From an uncultured Gammaproteobacteria bacterium (GTDB taxonomy: Bacteria > Pseudomonadota > Gammaproteobacteria > Pseudomonadales > Cellvibrionaceae), in the NCBI GenBank assembly GCA_966096785.1, contig CBHTVU010000001.1:8850-72849 (forward strand): a stretch of 64,000 bases of DNA, in the 5' to 3' direction. The position numbers and the translations under genes are program-made. Of this stretch, positions 1 to 9,924 are shown piece after piece. Below the pieces are notes generated by a model. It ran no database searches. It saw only the letters and a program-made list of their open reading frames with translations, and was not told the DNA's origin. Position 1 is the first letter of the stretch, and each line of letters starts with the position of its first letter.

Positions 1-251
1 ATTACCCACCAGTCACCATAAAATTGGCTGCTAGGTAATAAGCCGATACAGCCGACCATTAGCGTCTTTGCAATATGCCAGCTATCAAAGCGGTAACCAA
101 GAATCTTTTTAACCCACTTCCAGGATTCGCGTTTGTACCAGAAACGTTGGTTCCATTCTTTGAAAATTGATTCAAAGTAGTTTTCATTTTCAAACGCATC
201 CATACAGGCGTTTAAGAATGCCATCATTGCTATGAGTAAATACCCGCTCAT
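1..251 (-). CDS. hypothetical membrane protein (3' end beyond window edge)
   Basis: ATG at 249-251 (minus) overlaps the TGA of ORF 248..457 (ATGA junction). The frame stays open to position 1 (MSGYLLIAMMAFLNACMDAFENENYF...). It is missing from the ORF track only because no stop lies in the window. Confidence 0.45.
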   Translation of the reverse strand, partial: MSGYLLIAMMAFLNACMDAFENENYFESIFKEWNQRFWYKRESWKWVKKILGYRFDSWHIAKTLMVGCIGLLPSSQFYGDWWV

Positions 252-457
252 TGCTTATGACCTCCGCGTGCACCATAGGTAAACATAATAATAAGCCCTG
301 TCACAATCATTACACTACCGGTTATCATCATGAATAGGCCCCCACGTGTACGCTCCGCTATAGTTGAGGTGTATTTATCCCAGCCCCAGCCACCTATGAT
401 CATACCGCCTAAAAGGCCAACAAATGCCCAGAATAATGGGTTTTTCAAAAGTTTCAT
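248..457 (-). CDS. small two-TM membrane protein (holin-like)
   Basis: 69 aa with two hydrophobic helices (FWAFVGLLGGMIIGGWGW; LFMMITGSVMIVTGLIIMF) and a charged C-terminus. Belongs to a run of translationally coupled small membrane genes. Confidence 0.5.
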   Translation of the reverse strand: MKLLKNPLFWAFVGLLGGMIIGGWGWDKYTSTIAERTRGGLFMMITGSVMIVTGLIIMFTYGARGGHKQ

Positions 458-463
458 AAATAA

Positions 464-1213
464 TTATTTTCGTAAACGAATAAGGATGTTACCATTAATG
501 CGGCCATACCAACCACCGCCATTTTGTAAGCCGCCTGACACTTGCCAAAGCTTATTGGTTTTGGTCTTTAGGGACAACACAGCGCCAGCGTTTTGTACAA
601 GTAATTGCTGACTGCCTATAAATTCAGCGCCTATATATATTTGATTAGTTGGTTTACTACGCTTATCAGCTTCTGCGTAGAAGTGCTGTAATGCTTTGAA
701 ATCTTTATCACATTGAAGCTTCGCTGCACGCTCCTTATTAAGCAATTGCGTCTGTAGATTATAGGCAGTATCTTTCATCGCAAGTAAACTTGTGTTTTTG
801 CGTTTATAAGCTGTATAATCAACTGCTATACTATCTGCTGTATAAGCCAGACTATCGCAATACGTGACATATTCCCCACTAACTGTAATTGCTGTTGAGT
901 CAACCGGCCAGCCCTTTATACGCCTAAGTTCAGCGGCTAATCTTGTTGCAGTTGCTACAGATGCATTTAATTTACCTTCAGCGCTACGCTGATCTTCACG
1001 TGCAACTTGGGCTTGCCCGATGGCAACATTTAGCTTATTCTCCAGCGCTTGTGCGTTTATCTTATGTACAGAATCGCTCATGCGCCGCTCGATTAATAAC
1101 GCTTGCACGTCCCCATTGAGATCATCGGTTTTGTCCCTATGGCATTTAGATAATACAATTATTATTAAGGCGATGATCCCCACCCAAACGATATCTCTGA
1201 AAGTGATATTCAT
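464..1213 (-). CDS. N-terminally anchored coiled-coil envelope protein (spanin-like / lysis-associated candidate)
   Basis: 249 aa. N-terminal TM (IVWVGIIALIIIVL), long helical Q/A/E-rich middle, Gly-rich beta-like C-terminus. Its start overlaps the upstream ORF stop. Confidence 0.4.
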   Translation of the reverse strand: MNITFRDIVWVGIIALIIIVLSKCHRDKTDDLNGDVQALLIERRMSDSVHKINAQALENKLNVAIGQAQVAREDQRSAEGKLNASVATATRLAAELRRIKGWPVDSTAITVSGEYVTYCDSLAYTADSIAVDYTAYKRKNTSLLAMKDTAYNLQTQLLNKERAAKLQCDKDFKALQHFYAEADKRSKPTNQIYIGAEFIGSQQLLVQNAGAVLSLKTKTNKLWQVSGGLQNGGGWYGRINGNILIRLRK

Positions 1214-1503
1214 TCAACCTCGTTTATATCTTTAGGTTTTTTAATATTTACAATGCCCGATAGCATAGAGCTGCCAAACGTTCCTATAATTACACATGTA
1301 AGCGGTGACATGACGATTAAATCAGCAGGCAATGAATCTCCAATGTATACCAATACAAATATTGATATAACGTTCATGGCAATGCTAATGTAGAATGTGT
1401 CCATAATAAACTTTTCCTTACGTTTAATGGACTCACCCCACAACTTTAGCAGGTGTATAATGTAGCCCGCCAAGGCCAACAGCAATTGTTCATAAAAGCT
1501 CAT
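1210..1503 (-). CDS. small multi-TM membrane protein (holin-like)
   Basis: 97 aa with three hydrophobic segments. ATGA-type overlaps on both sides. Confidence 0.5.
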   Translation of the reverse strand: MSFYEQLLLALAGYIIHLLKLWGESIKRKEKFIMDTFYISIAMNVISIFVLVYIGDSLPADLIVMSPLTCVIIGTFGSSMLSGIVNIKKPKDINEVE

Positions 1504-1793
1504 TGCTTATTATTTATTGATTCGATTCTAATTATTCGCTCCCTTACATCGCGAACGTCGAGCTGTAACGTATTGACCTTTACGCGCATCTCTTCACGCA
1601 CACGTATGGATTCGGTTTCTCGCTCTTGCATTCGCGCCAATGTCCCATTTAAGTTCCATAGAAACCCAAAGCAACCAATCACACCAGCAGTAACAACAGA
1701 TAATAATGCAGTTACTAACTTATCCGGCATAACGGGCGCTGATAATTTAGATGTACCATTAGGGGACATAGTGATATTTTTAACCTTCTCCAT
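1500..1793 (-). CDS. membrane-anchored coiled-coil protein
   Basis: 97 aa. One TM (LVTALLSVVTAGVIGCFGFLW) followed by a charged helix. Overlaps both neighbours. Confidence 0.45.
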   Translation of the reverse strand: MEKVKNITMSPNGTSKLSAPVMPDKLVTALLSVVTAGVIGCFGFLWNLNGTLARMQERETESIRVREEMRVKVNTLQLDVRDVRERIIRIESINNKQ

Positions 1794-3007
1794 TAAATAA
1801 TTCTATAGGTGAATGTGAAATACCAGTCCTGTGCAGATGTGGTGCCTGATACACCTATAGTAAAGATTAACTCTGCACGATCATTGGTGGCATCCCCGCG
1901 AATCGATCCAAAAAGATCTGTAGTATTACCCACAGTACCGGTTCCGCCGCACTCATTATTATTTGCAATAGCAGATGCAACAGGCAATGATATGCCAAGG
2001 GCTGTTGCGCCATTAGTGGTTGGCGTTACATTAACTTTCCCGCTTACGGTAACTGTATTACCTACCCGCATATATTGGCAACTGGACGCCGAGGATGCAG
2101 CGACGTTTGTGCCGTTTGTTAGGGTTGGGGTATATGTGCCAGCCGCAACAACCGGCCCCTCAATAATCGCACCCGCTGAAGTAGTTTGTATGGTAGCTGT
2201 TGGCGTACCGGTATGAGTGCCTGCCCCATAAGTGTCCCATGTCCATTGCCCACTACCTGCCAGTGCTGCCTTACGGGCTGTTGTTGCACTATTAACACCG
2301 TAGATTTCGAATTGTGATGTTCTTGTTGCATTTGTTGCGTCAGTCCATTGAAAGGCAATCGATCCGGCGATCTGCGATGTTCCATTAGTTGCTGTCTCTA
2401 ATTCATACTGAATGGCGGCACCAAGGCCGTTAGCGCCAGCGCCAGATGATGCTGTTCGGAGCATGGTTTGCACGTTCTCAACGGTATTATTAGCGCTTGG
2501 GTTCACTTGCCCTCTAAGCGCTGCGCCAGTAGTGCTAATTCCAACAACCCCGAAGGATGAAGATGATTGACCCTGAACGCCAACGCTTGACGTTGAGCTA
2601 CCGAATACACCTAGATACTGACTTGATGTGCCACTTACGCCAATGCTTGTTGTGCCGCTTGCTGACCCTGATATCGCGCTTGCGCTTGTAGTGCCATTGT
2701 TAATAACAGAAAATGTTGTTTCGTTGTCATTAGTACCAGTCCAGGTCGTTGTAAACCCAGCTGTGCTAACCGTAACATCGCTAGGTAATGAACCGCTGCC
2801 GCCGTAAATACCATTGCCATCACCGGTAATATTAGTTGGCTTATAGAACAAAATGGAATCTGTCCTAAATGATGCTATGCTATCAGCTGTATTAATCAAA
2901 TAAAACCGATAACTATTAATATTGTAGCCACCATTGCCGAATAGCTTTAATTGCGCATTGGCAACGAAAGGGGTTAGTAATATAATCACTAAAATGTTCT
3001 TCACCAT
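1793..3007 (-). CDS. tail fibre-like protein with Ser/Thr/Gly-rich repeats
   Basis: 404 aa. Signal-like N-terminus (MVKNILVIILLTPFVANAQ), then reiterated GxSxxSxGVxG motifs (SGTTSIGVSGTSSQYLGVFGSSTSSVGVQGQSSSSFGVVG). Sits at the distal end of the structural module. Confidence 0.5.
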   Translation of the reverse strand: MVKNILVIILLTPFVANAQLKLFGNGGYNINSYRFYLINTADSIASFRTDSILFYKPTNITGDGNGIYGGSGSLPSDVTVSTAGFTTTWTGTNDNETTFSVINNGTTSASAISGSASGTTSIGVSGTSSQYLGVFGSSTSSVGVQGQSSSSFGVVGISTTGAALRGQVNPSANNTVENVQTMLRTASSGAGANGLGAAIQYELETATNGTSQIAGSIAFQWTDATNATRTSQFEIYGVNSATTARKAALAGSGQWTWDTYGAGTHTGTPTATIQTTSAGAIIEGPVVAAGTYTPTLTNGTNVAASSASSCQYMRVGNTVTVSGKVNVTPTTNGATALGISLPVASAIANNNECGGTGTVGNTTDLFGSIRGDATNDRAELIFTIGVSGTTSAQDWYFTFTYRII

Positions 3008-4780
3008 TTATTTAGTATTGGTTGTAAAATATGTGATATATGTATCAACGCCCCCAATAACAGCAACCAGGTGGTAGTAGTATAATGTTGCGGAAGATAG
3101 GCCACTATCAACATAACTACCTTCTGTACCTGTGTGTATCAGTGTTCGTGCTCCGTGTTTGGTAGTTGATCTATAAATTTTATAATTTGTTGCGCTTGGG
3201 TAGGTTATCTGCCAACGTACTAAGGTGCTTGTCGTTGAAGTTGGCGCCGCTACTAACCAGCATTCATAGACGCCAAATGTCCAGAAATTGCAACTTGTAG
3301 TGAACCAGGTATTTGATGCGTCAAATGCGTATGCATTTATTTGCTTCCCGTAATTGCCACTATTACTAATAAGGATTTCGTCATTTGAGGTTGGAGCAGC
3401 TGTTACAGCATTTCCAAAAGCATCCTGTAGTATAAAACCAACAGTATATGCCCCCAGCGCAGAATATTGTCGCCTAATCGTATAGCCGCTTGTACCAATG
3501 TATTGTAGGCCAATGCCATCCGGGTCGTAATTAAATGCGCCCGCAGCCGTTAAAACATCAAATCTCGTTAAGCCATTGCCCGTATTATAGGAGTCCACAC
3601 TAAAGCATGAAGGGCACGTGCCGCTGTTTTTTGTCCATGTGGTTGTGCCGTTCCCTGTTAGCCTCGCGCCAAGTGAAGACATTGAGTAAAGAGGTGCCTC
3701 AAAGTTGTCCAACGCTGTTGTAGAACCCGTTACAATACAACGGGATGAGATGGTTTCGTCTGGCGTTATTGTGGTATTAATCACATTTTTAACCGTTGGG
3801 AAAAATACCTTCAATCGTTGACTGCCGCTATTATAACCTGCGCTGTCAAAAAATGAACTATTATGCGCTGTGGTATAATCTAATATTTGCCAGTTGATCG
3901 GCACACCATTTGACCACGAATTATTCGGATAAACAATAGCCGATGCAAACACAACAAAGGTGGGGTCAAATGAGGTGGCAGGACCAAAATATACGCCTGG
4001 ATTCTGCAATGCTGGAGTGTTTTTTATTTCGGCAAAGTCTATACTATCCCATAGAATTTGTGTAGTACTACGTTTTAAATAAGTAGAGGCAATTGCGGCT
4101 GTTATATCGGCCACATTCCCTGTAGAATTCGTGCTACGACCAACTACTGACAGCCCTGCCGATTGGCGAAACTTAGCATTGCTTACAGCATTTGCAGCAA
4201 TCGTAGCCGCCTGTGATCCAGTGCCTGGCCCCGCTGTTACGTCACCGGTAAGCTCGTTGATGCCCGATACAATTTGTGTCAGGTCATATTGCGTTGCCAG
4301 AACTGCTGTGTCAGCTTTAGCGGTTAACGCATTCGCGTTACTTGTTGAATCCCATAATATAGTATTACTAGAGGCGAGCGTTTTAATTGAACCGAATGGC
4401 GTTGTTACAAGACGGTGCCCGCTGCCAACATTGCTTAAGGTAAAGCTTACAGAATTAATGCGGTTACTTAGTGATATAGTATCGGTGCCATTTAGGAATG
4501 CCCTCCAGCGTGTGCCATGGTAACCATACCAGCGATTGTCCGAGTTTTTATATTTAATTGCAGGCCAACGGGGGATGGCAAAAGTATCGCCACCCATTAT
4601 CATAAGGAATGAATCAACTAGCTGGTAGTTTTTAAACTCATACAATTTTCCTCCGAATAGCTGTGGCGCGGCGCCAGTGGGCACTGTATCACGCAACAGT
4701 GACTTAGTTGCATATCCCTTGTCTGAATAAGTAAACGCAAGGCTAATAAAAACTACCAATATGACTAAAAGCCACTTCAT
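3008..4780 (-). CDS. tail fibre / receptor-binding protein with C-terminal FN3-like module
   Basis: 590 aa. Hydrophobic N-terminus; C-terminal YKIYRSTT...GSYVDSGLSSATLYYYHLVAV resembles a fibronectin type III strand pattern. Lies between other fibre-like genes. Confidence 0.5.
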   Translation of the reverse strand: MKWLLVILVVFISLAFTYSDKGYATKSLLRDTVPTGAAPQLFGGKLYEFKNYQLVDSFLMIMGGDTFAIPRWPAIKYKNSDNRWYGYHGTRWRAFLNGTDTISLSNRINSVSFTLSNVGSGHRLVTTPFGSIKTLASSNTILWDSTSNANALTAKADTAVLATQYDLTQIVSGINELTGDVTAGPGTGSQAATIAANAVSNAKFRQSAGLSVVGRSTNSTGNVADITAAIASTYLKRSTTQILWDSIDFAEIKNTPALQNPGVYFGPATSFDPTFVVFASAIVYPNNSWSNGVPINWQILDYTTAHNSSFFDSAGYNSGSQRLKVFFPTVKNVINTTITPDETISSRCIVTGSTTALDNFEAPLYSMSSLGARLTGNGTTTWTKNSGTCPSCFSVDSYNTGNGLTRFDVLTAAGAFNYDPDGIGLQYIGTSGYTIRRQYSALGAYTVGFILQDAFGNAVTAAPTSNDEILISNSGNYGKQINAYAFDASNTWFTTSCNFWTFGVYECWLVAAPTSTTSTLVRWQITYPSATNYKIYRSTTKHGARTLIHTGTEGSYVDSGLSSATLYYYHLVAVIGGVDTYITYFTTNTK

Positions 4781-4781
4781 A

Positions 4782-5987
4782 TTAAAATGTATAAATTGAT
4801 ATTAATTGGTCTGCCACTAACGCAGTATTCCAGGTAATTACCCCTGTAGCGGAGTTATAGGTTATTGAAACTCTGTCGGTCAATCCGTTACCCATAAGCA
4901 GGCTATCGAGGAACACCATGACGCTTTTGTTGATAAGCAGCGCATCGGTATAAGTGGTAGCACCAGCTGCTGGCGCATTGTTTACGCCACTATCAACAAT
5001 CATCTGTTTAAAGAATGCAAATGACCCACTACTAGTGCTGCCCCAGTCGTATGGCGCAATGGCTTCATTAGTGTTGGTGTAAGCGGGGGTGACACAATTG
5101 CTCAATAACTTTTGCAACTGTAGCACATACGCGTCAAGGCCCGTGGTTACCCCTTCGCGGCCCCGCTCAACTATATGCGTGTATATCGAAACCGCTAGTG
5201 TATATGTATTTTTTAAGGGTGTGCAGTTGTCAACGCAACCTGTGCCACATATACAATGAGCCGCATCAACCGTAGCCTTATAATCAGTAAGCATCTCCAG
5301 CAATTCAACCAATGTTGGCGGTATGAATGCGTAGTAAGTCTCTTCGAATAGAATTGTATCTTCTATTGTAACCCAGTCATCTGGAGAATCAAGGGTATAG
5401 GTGGCTGTGGCCGATAATGAAACATCATAACGTGAGTCGTAGTACGATCCTAAATAATTGAGGTCAAATGTTTGTGTAGTGGATGAAATATCCTGATTGG
5501 TGCCTTCAACGCTTATAATGGTTGCTTGCCAGTCCCGAGCAACGCTATCCAGTGACATTCCCGTTTGTGTATAACTGGTTGCATCTGTTACTGATAACGA
5601 CGGAGTAAAAACATCAAAGTTATCCGTAACATCGAGCGTTGGGGAAGTGTAACTAAGTTCAAATGTTTTAGTAAGTGTTGTTTCGTCATAGCCGGGCGCT
5701 ACAATATTATAGGTAATACTATATTCGCCCTGCTGAAACCCGCCATTTGACTTTAACCTAAGCTGTTTACTTGCCTCTACCAGACTACCGCCTGAATAAT
5801 AAATATCAGGTGTTAAATAATTACCTGTAATAGTGATCCCGTCTGGTTGTGTAATAACGAAATAACCCTTCAAGTTTACATCAACACCAGCGGGATAGTT
5901 ATCAGGGTCTGATAATACTAGCGCTGATGTTGTAGTGCTCTTTTGAAGCACTATATTAAAGTCAATATATGCGGATAGATTTGCCAT
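4782..5987 (-). CDS. tail-associated structural protein
   Basis: 401-aa ORF, beta-rich and Thr/Ser/Asp-rich, abutting the fibre gene (2-nt gap). Confidence 0.4.
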   Translation of the reverse strand: MANLSAYIDFNIVLQKSTTTSALVLSDPDNYPAGVDVNLKGYFVITQPDGITITGNYLTPDIYYSGGSLVEASKQLRLKSNGGFQQGEYSITYNIVAPGYDETTLTKTFELSYTSPTLDVTDNFDVFTPSLSVTDATSYTQTGMSLDSVARDWQATIISVEGTNQDISSTTQTFDLNYLGSYYDSRYDVSLSATATYTLDSPDDWVTIEDTILFEETYYAFIPPTLVELLEMLTDYKATVDAAHCICGTGCVDNCTPLKNTYTLAVSIYTHIVERGREGVTTGLDAYVLQLQKLLSNCVTPAYTNTNEAIAPYDWGSTSSGSFAFFKQMIVDSGVNNAPAAGATTYTDALLINKSVMVFLDSLLMGNGLTDRVSITYNSATGVITWNTALVADQLISIYTF

Positions 5988-6057
5988 TCCTTAAGTTTAA
6001 AAATGGCTCCCGCATGAACATATCAGGAGCGTATACAAAACCCAATTAATAAAACCA

Positions 6058-6942
6058 TTAGGCCTTATGCTTTATTAGGCCCTTTATCTTTATTAGCACT
6101 TCTTGGCCGTTCTTGCTGGTGCTTAACCAATCGCTCATGCGCTCAAGCACCTTGCCATCCTCACAGCGATCAAGTATTGCTATTGTTTGGTTATTTGAGG
6201 CCCAAACGAATTTATTTTCTACTGGGTGCCACTTGATAATATTGTTGTCCATTGCGCGCTTAATTACAGCGCGGTATTCAATGCTCTTGTTGTCAATAAA
6301 GTTTTTGAACCATTCTGGGTCATTGTCTGCCAGCTCCATTACTTTATTGCGAAGGATATTAATATCCTGGTGTTCATCCCAACCCATAGCACATGCAAAG
6401 TCAGCAATCTCTGTGACCGACATTTGCGATGCTACAAACATGGCATTGGCGCGGTTTTCCCTGGCGGTTAGCTCTGTTTTGGCCTCCTTCACATCATCAA
6501 TGCGTCGGAATACGGCCATTTCATTTTTATCCCTGAATTCGCCGCCCTCCAGCTTAGGATGCATTTCCAAATACATGAATTTGTCTTGGTCCGCCTGGTT
6601 TTCCATGTCCAGTGTTAACACGCCAGCAAACTGCTCATCCAGATGCACCCTTCCGAAGTGGTCTGAGGGGTGACCATACTCTTTCAAATGCTTAATTATG
6701 CCAATGCGTTTGCGCAGGTTATCGAATGGGTCTGTTATTGAATATGATACTGGTGTTAATGACCACCGTAACGGATACAGATATTCACCACCGGTTTTCA
6801 TCTCGCCATCAGGGTTTCGCTTGGCTATAGAGAACTTATACTTTACATATCGCCCAGACTCCTTAGCCTTCTTTTCAAGCTTCTCGCGCAGCTGAGGCGA
6901 AATATTATTATAAACGGGCTTTGTACCTACTTGATCTAACAT
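6058..6942 (-). CDS. hypothetical protein
   Basis: The track ORF 6058..6996 begins inside the hairpin at 6981-7012. The internal ATG at 6942 (MLDQVGTKPVY...) is the more plausible start. Confidence 0.5.
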   Translation of the reverse strand: MLDQVGTKPVYNNISPQLREKLEKKAKESGRYVKYKFSIAKRNPDGEMKTGGEYLYPLRWSLTPVSYSITDPFDNLRKRIGIIKHLKEYGHPSDHFGRVHLDEQFAGVLTLDMENQADQDKFMYLEMHPKLEGGEFRDKNEMAVFRRIDDVKEAKTELTARENRANAMFVASQMSVTEIADFACAMGWDEHQDINILRNKVMELADNDPEWFKNFIDNKSIEYRAVIKRAMDNNIIKWHPVENKFVWASNNQTIAILDRCEDGKVLERMSDWLSTSKNGQEVLIKIKGLIKHKA

Positions 6943-6980
6943 TTTGGGTTGTATTATGTATATGCGTAAATGTGTTACAA

Positions 6981-7012
6981 AATAGGTTGCTAACATGCGT
7001 TAGCAACCTATT
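6981..7012 (-). terminator. intrinsic terminator after the capsid gene
   Basis: Perfect 14-bp inverted repeat AATAGGTTGCTAAC-ATGC-GTTAGCAACCTATT. On the minus strand it is followed by TTTTGT, and it lies 14 nt downstream of the 7026 stop. Confidence 0.65.
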
Positions 7013-7025
7013 ATACCGTTAGTAT

Positions 7026-8372
7026 TTATACTACTCTAAACCTTTGCATGTGCTTGGCGCCCAGCACCTCCAACCCTTGGTTCGTCCACCAGTCGGTATG
7101 CCACACCATAACCGAATTTGTTGGAATCGGTGCTAGAGCACCGGTATTCCATTCGGTGATAATGCCGTTAGATTGGCTATTACCGCCCGCCATAGGCTTT
7201 GGTAGGTAACGAATCTGTAAGCGTGGCTCCATGCCACCGCCTTCGACCTGAACCTTGTCCTTTGGCGTGAAATAAACTGATCCCACCATTTCAGGCACGA
7301 TGCCATATGGGAACAGTTGCGGGTGGTCAAAAATTGGCAGGTGAATAAATTCAAACTCAGCATTGCCATAACGCATACGGTCAACTTCAAAGTCAACCTC
7401 GCGGCCATCGATATTGAGACGCACAGACTCAACGCCCGAACTTCCCAGGTTTTTCAGCCAAACATCCCAGGGGCGGCGTGCTACGCTACCCATCCAGCCC
7501 ATTTGCTGGAGTGGTGCCTTGTTTGCGAGGAAATTGTCAATGATGGCATCAACATCTGCGAACGTCATTGTGCCAAGTGTAGCAGCTGCGTCGCTAATGC
7601 CATAGGTGGTGATGTACTGATCAAGACCCATGGTTGTTTGGATAGGGTTACCACTGGAGTCTGCCAGGATAGGGTTACTATCTGAGAACAATGTAGTTGA
7701 CTGCACACCTGCAATCATCTGCGCGCTGATAAACCCGTTAAGGGCTTTTAGCTTATAGATATGCTGTAGTGGTGTGTAATACGGCTGACCATTAATGGTA
7801 AGCTCAATTTTAGATACCTTCTGTACGTCCGTAATCTCATCAGCCTCACGGAATATCTGCACCTGGTTAACATACCGGGTTACAGGATAACGGCGGCTCA
7901 GAGGGGTGTCGGACTTTTCACCGAAGGCATTAGATTGGAATGTGATGGTGTCGTTTGTAGCAGCAAACAGCGGTGTTCCATCTACAGATTGCAACACAAT
8001 CGTATCTACGCTAGATACGGATGTAACCTGCATGATACGAGCTTGGCGTCCTGTTGAGTTGGTGTTGCTGATGCGTACCAGGTCACCAACACGCGCATAG
8101 CCACCTGTGCCAGCAGTCAGTACAACGGTCATGATCGATGTACCGTAACCAGATGATACGCTGCTAATGGTTGCCGTAGCAAACACATCATTGTTAACAA
8201 AGTGGTTGTAGATTGGCACTTTTGCCTCTTTGTACCTATTTACCACCTTCATGATATCGGTGAATTGCGCATCACGCGCCACGTCAATCAGGTTAGGATT
8301 TATATCACGTTGATCAAGGAAGGCAATGGCAGAGACGTAGGCCTTGTTCAACGTTCCTTGTGAAACAGCCAT
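7026..8372 (-). CDS. major capsid protein (by synteny)
   Basis: 448 aa, directly downstream of the scaffold-like gene and followed by a strong terminator. The order portal - small ORF - scaffold - this gene is the classical head-module order. Confidence 0.65.
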   Translation of the reverse strand: MAVSQGTLNKAYVSAIAFLDQRDINPNLIDVARDAQFTDIMKVVNRYKEAKVPIYNHFVNNDVFATATISSVSSGYGTSIMTVVLTAGTGGYARVGDLVRISNTNSTGRQARIMQVTSVSSVDTIVLQSVDGTPLFAATNDTITFQSNAFGEKSDTPLSRRYPVTRYVNQVQIFREADEITDVQKVSKIELTINGQPYYTPLQHIYKLKALNGFISAQMIAGVQSTTLFSDSNPILADSSGNPIQTTMGLDQYITTYGISDAAATLGTMTFADVDAIIDNFLANKAPLQQMGWMGSVARRPWDVWLKNLGSSGVESVRLNIDGREVDFEVDRMRYGNAEFEFIHLPIFDHPQLFPYGIVPEMVGSVYFTPKDKVQVEGGGMEPRLQIRYLPKPMAGGNSQSNGIITEWNTGALAPIPTNSVMVWHTDWWTNQGLEVLGAKHMQRFRVV

Positions 8373-8398
8373 TTTAATTTAAGTTGAAAGGTGAAATA

Positions 8399-9538
8399 TT
8401 AATCACCTGAAGTAATCGTTCCGAATCTAGCGAGTTGCGCAATTGGGTTGGCAGATTCAGCATTGCCAGTTGCAGGTGTGCCGGCAGCGGGTGCTGATGC
8501 ATTGGCTATTTTATCGGCGACCGACTTAGCACCTAACATTTCGTAGTGCTTAGTAAGATTGCTGAAAAATGCCGTATCATCATTAGCGATCGCTGCTAAT
8601 ACCAATTGCTTGCGTACGTTAGGTGTGCCATCCTCATTCCAGAGTTTCTGTGCCCATTTAGCAGGATCATACAGTAGCCCTAATAACTCATCAGGCTTTG
8701 ACACCTCCAGGTTAAAGGCTTTATCGCCTTCACCAATTTTAAGCAAGCTGGTACTTAACAGCTCTTTCGTATATGAATTGTTCTGTACATGATTGTGATA
8801 ATCTTGTACTTGCTTTTCACGCTGCTCTAATTCTGCTCTTGCTGCCGCTTCTGCTGCTGAATTATCAGGCTCTGGTGGTTTACTTAACAGCATGTCTTGC
8901 TGCCGTTTAATAAACTCCTGGCGTACCCGATCAGCTTCAACGCTCAGTAGTAGCCTGCCTCGCCTAACGTCTTTCTCATCGAATACATCAGGGTCAAGCT
9001 TATACTGTTCAATTACTTTCATCTTATAAACTTCTTCAAAGTCTTCTGCGGACAGCCCACCAAAGTCCTTCATCAAGTGTCGTCTCAACACTTCTTCAGG
9101 CGTCATTTTAGTATAGTCCGTTGTAACGGCTTCTAAGTAGTCTCTAAGATCCTCGCCGCTTTTCCACCTGGAAAGAAAATTGATCATTTTTTCATCCAAG
9201 CCGAAATGCTTCAATACCTCTGCTTCAGGTTGTTGTTTAATTAATTCACGCCAATCGGGCGCAGCTACTTGAGCTGGGCGCGGCTCCGGCGTGACGGGAG
9301 GTGCCTGTTTTGGAGGCTCTTCCACCTTTGGCGCTTCTGTACTTGGGGGAGCTGTAACCGTTTCAGTTTGGGCTTCCGCAGTACGAGGCGCTTCTGTAGG
9401 TGTGGCCTCTGGTGCAGGCGGTGTATCTTGAACCGGAATAGTTACCGGCGAATCATCAGTTTTAAAACCTTCCTTTGCCATCATAGCGGCAATGTTCACA
9501 GGCTCTGTAGTTGTAGGTGTTGCGACAACTTCACTCAT
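8399..9538 (-). CDS. scaffolding protein candidate
   Basis: 379 aa. Pro/Thr/Ala/Glu-rich low-complexity N-terminus followed by highly charged helical sequence. Located immediately upstream of the capsid gene. Confidence 0.55.
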   Translation of the reverse strand: MSEVVATPTTTEPVNIAAMMAKEGFKTDDSPVTIPVQDTPPAPEATPTEAPRTAEAQTETVTAPPSTEAPKVEEPPKQAPPVTPEPRPAQVAAPDWRELIKQQPEAEVLKHFGLDEKMINFLSRWKSGEDLRDYLEAVTTDYTKMTPEEVLRRHLMKDFGGLSAEDFEEVYKMKVIEQYKLDPDVFDEKDVRRGRLLLSVEADRVRQEFIKRQQDMLLSKPPEPDNSAAEAAARAELEQREKQVQDYHNHVQNNSYTKELLSTSLLKIGEGDKAFNLEVSKPDELLGLLYDPAKWAQKLWNEDGTPNVRKQLVLAAIANDDTAFFSNLTKHYEMLGAKSVADKIANASAPAAGTPATGNAESANPIAQLARFGTITSGD

Positions 9539-9870
9539 AATATTGTATTGGGTTGATTGTATGACTTAGTTTGGAACGGGTCTTTGCCAATTCGCACACT
9601 GTCGGCTGCATTGCCTTCAATGAACAGCGCATTAAATGTATTTGGCCATAGTATTTGCCACAGGCCATCTGGGTGGCGTATTAGCCATTGGGTTTCGTAT
9701 ATCCTGTGGAGATTTTCGCCCTGCTGTAAAAGGGCCAGGTATTGGTCGGCGCCTACATGTTTAACTTGTCCAGATTCAAAATATACCGGCTTGCGCTGTT
9801 TGATCAATTCCTTTTCCTCATCTGTCAACTTAAACTGTACGGCATCAACCTTTTTATAGTAAAGAGCCAT
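9535..9870 (-). CDS. hypothetical head-module protein
   Basis: 111-aa ORF. It is the first gene after promoter-like element copy 1 and overlaps the scaffold gene start (ATGA). Confidence 0.45.
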   Translation of the reverse strand: MALYYKKVDAVQFKLTDEEKELIKQRKPVYFESGQVKHVGADQYLALLQQGENLHRIYETQWLIRHPDGLWQILWPNTFNALFIEGNAADSVRIGKDPFQTKSYNQPNTIL

Positions 9871-9874
9871 GCCC

Positions 9875-9924
9875 CAAACCTAAAGGGGTTTTAATTTAAT
9901 TAACCAAAAAGCGGATTGACTTTA
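9875..9924 (-). promoter_or_regulatory. conserved late-type promoter element, copy 1
   Basis: Minus strand: TAAAGTCAATCCGCTTTTTGG-N21-TAGGTTTG, then GGGC-ATG. The downstream box is a perfect Bacteroidota -7 consensus (TAnnTTTG). The upstream end overlaps the portal stop codon. Confidence 0.6.
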
